From positions 117,676,001 through 117,740,000 of the forward strand of contig NC_135891.1 in assembly GCF_964194155.1 (NCBI RefSeq): a stretch of DNA of 64,000 nt. The letters run 5' to 3'. Below are positions 62,111-64,000 of this stretch, piece by piece; the stretch's first letter is position 1, and each line of letters starts with the position of its first letter. The translations under genes and the position numbers were made by a program. The notes beneath the pieces are model-generated. The model was not told the DNA's origin. It did not search any database and saw only the letters and a program-made list of their open reading frames with translations. This DNA is from Cetorhinus maximus. Taxonomy: Eukaryota.

Positions 62111-63074
62111 TCCAGCTGTAGGCACTCTCAAAGGCATTGAGCGTTTTGAACCAACGTATGGGAGTGACCAAAAAAGAGGTTCAAAAATCTAGAGGAAGAA
62201 GGGTAGAATAATAGGCACCATCCATGGTGTGATATTAAGGCAATCAGGCCATAAATTCAAACTCTATGTTGCCAGGGTGATATGATTGGCTTCAGTGAAG
62301 AGTCCGACCATACACACAGACTAAAGGGAATGATAAACTAACCAGTTTTTGATGGTATTGCTTAATCGCTCAAGCATTCACCTAGACTGACAGAAATGGT
62401 TGAACTGAATCTCACTGAAAGACAGCGAAGATGATCCTGGTCTCTGGATAGCAAATAAGCAGCCCATTATACTTAAATCAGATAAATTAAAGGGGAAAGT
62501 AGGTATGGTCTAAAGCGAGCAGCCAATTTGTTATCTACTGCCTGTTTTATGTTTCTGCACAAAGACAGATTTCATTCCCAGTACAGCAGTTGTCCACTTG
62601 TATCACTTGTTCAAATGCTACAGTAGGACTCAAACCCACATTCTTCTTGGTCAGGTGTAAGAGTGCCAACTGAGACAAACCGGCAGCTCTTTGCCTCCTT
62701 TTACCCAAACTGTGTTTACCACTGTTCAGTGATTTTATTTTCTTCCCCTTCACCCACACTCTCTATTTTCACATTGCCACAGCCCAATCTCCAGACAGCG
62801 AGAGGGGGGCTTTATTTGTATTGCTGTCAAAATCTGGAGGTTAAAGCAGCCTCATTGGAGCTGAGATGCTGAGTGACCTGCCTCAAAGGATTATAGAGCT
62901 CCAATCCAGTGAATGGTGGGGGCGAATAGAGAATTACCTGACAGCTCATAAATGCACACTTCTGAGGTCAGATCTATTTTTTTCAACTTGGGAGACTTCC
63001 ATATTCATAAAAATGAGGATGAATTAAAATGAATAATTATGTGGCATTTAAATGCCCATTTCCTGTTGTTAATG

Positions 63075-64000
63075 AAAGCTCCCTCTACACTGTCCCCATC
63101 AAACACTCCCAGAACAGGCACAGCATGGGGTTAGATACAGAGTAAAACTCCCCCTACACTGTCCCCATCAAACACTCCCAGAACAGGCACAGCATGGGGT
63201 TAGATACAGAGTAAAGCTCCCTCTACACTGTCCCCATCAAACACTCCCAGAACAGGCACAGCATGGGGTTAGATACAGAGTAAAGCTCCCCCTACACTGT
63301 CCCCATCAAACACTCCCAGAACAGGCACAGCACGGGTTTAGATACAGAGTAAAGCTCCCCCTACACTGTCCCCATCAAACACTCCCAGAACAGGCACAGC
63401 ATGGGGTTAGATACAGAGTAAAGCTCCCTCTACACTGTCCCCATCAAACACTCCCAGGACAGGTACAGCACAGGGTTAGATACAGAGTAAAGCTCCCTCT
63501 ACACTGTCCCCATCAAACACTCCCAGGACAGGTACAGCACAGGGTTATATACAGAGTAAAGCTCCCTCTACACTGTCCCCATCAAACACTCCCAGGGCAG
63601 GTACAGCATGGGGTTAGATACAGAGTAAAGCTCCCTCTACACTGTCCCCATCAATCACTCCCAGGGCAGGTACAGCATGGGGTTAGATACAGAGTAAAGC
63701 TCCCTCTACACTGTCCCCATCAATCACTCCCAGGGCAGGTACAGCATGGGGTTAGATACAGAGTAAAGCTCCCTCTACACTGTCCCCATCAAACACTCCA
63801 GGACAGGTACAGCACGGGGTTAGATACAGAGTAAAGCTCCCTCTACACTGTCCCCATCAAACACCCCAGGGCAGGTACAGCAGCAGGTTAGGTACAGAGT
63901 AAAGCTCCCTCTACACTGTCCCCATCAAACACTCCAGGGCAGGTACAGCATGGGGTTAGATACAGAGTAAAGCTCCCTCTACACTGTCCCCATCAAACAC
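63075..64000 (+). repeat. 69-bp minisatellite, more than 13 units, runs off the window end
   Basis: Units start at 63075, 63144, 63213 and so on, and are highly similar. Confidence 0.97.

Noticed and set aside
63075-64000. CRISPR-like regular repeats (also 40431-40924)
   Set aside because: Units are contiguous with no unique spacers, there are no cas genes, and the DNA is vertebrate.
43108-64000. YJEFN3 exon 2 and later exons; TSSK6 or GATAD2A exons anywhere in the window
   Set aside because: No segment encoding the expected motifs with splice sites was found by eye.

Overview
Eukaryotic genomic DNA from a vertebrate, most likely a cartilaginous fish (inferred from the mix of CR1/L2 LINEs, Deu-type SINEs and Penelope-like elements). 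It holds the first seven coding exons of MAU2 on the minus strand (21846 down to 1836; the gene continues past the window start). Head-to-head with MAU2 is a complete five-exon NDUFA13 on the plus strand (24330-34648, 144 aa). A probable first coding exon of YJEFN3 follows at 43043-43107; no second exon was found in the window. MAU2 intron 2 has U12-type signals and follows an 18-nt microexon. NDUFA13 intron 3 is GC-AG. Most of the remaining sequence is transposon-derived: CR1 and L2 fragments, several SINE families, a probable solo LTR, a Helitron helicase remnant and a 69-bp minisatellite at two sites. Two palindromic Penelope-like insertions (4 kb and 0.42 kb) have target-site duplications and variant hammerhead-ribozyme motifs. 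The most speculative lead is a 97-aa antisense ORF (48387-48680) with splice-like flanks and a retropepsin-like pattern lacking the catalytic Asp. All calls were made by eye without database searches, and repeat boundaries are approximate.
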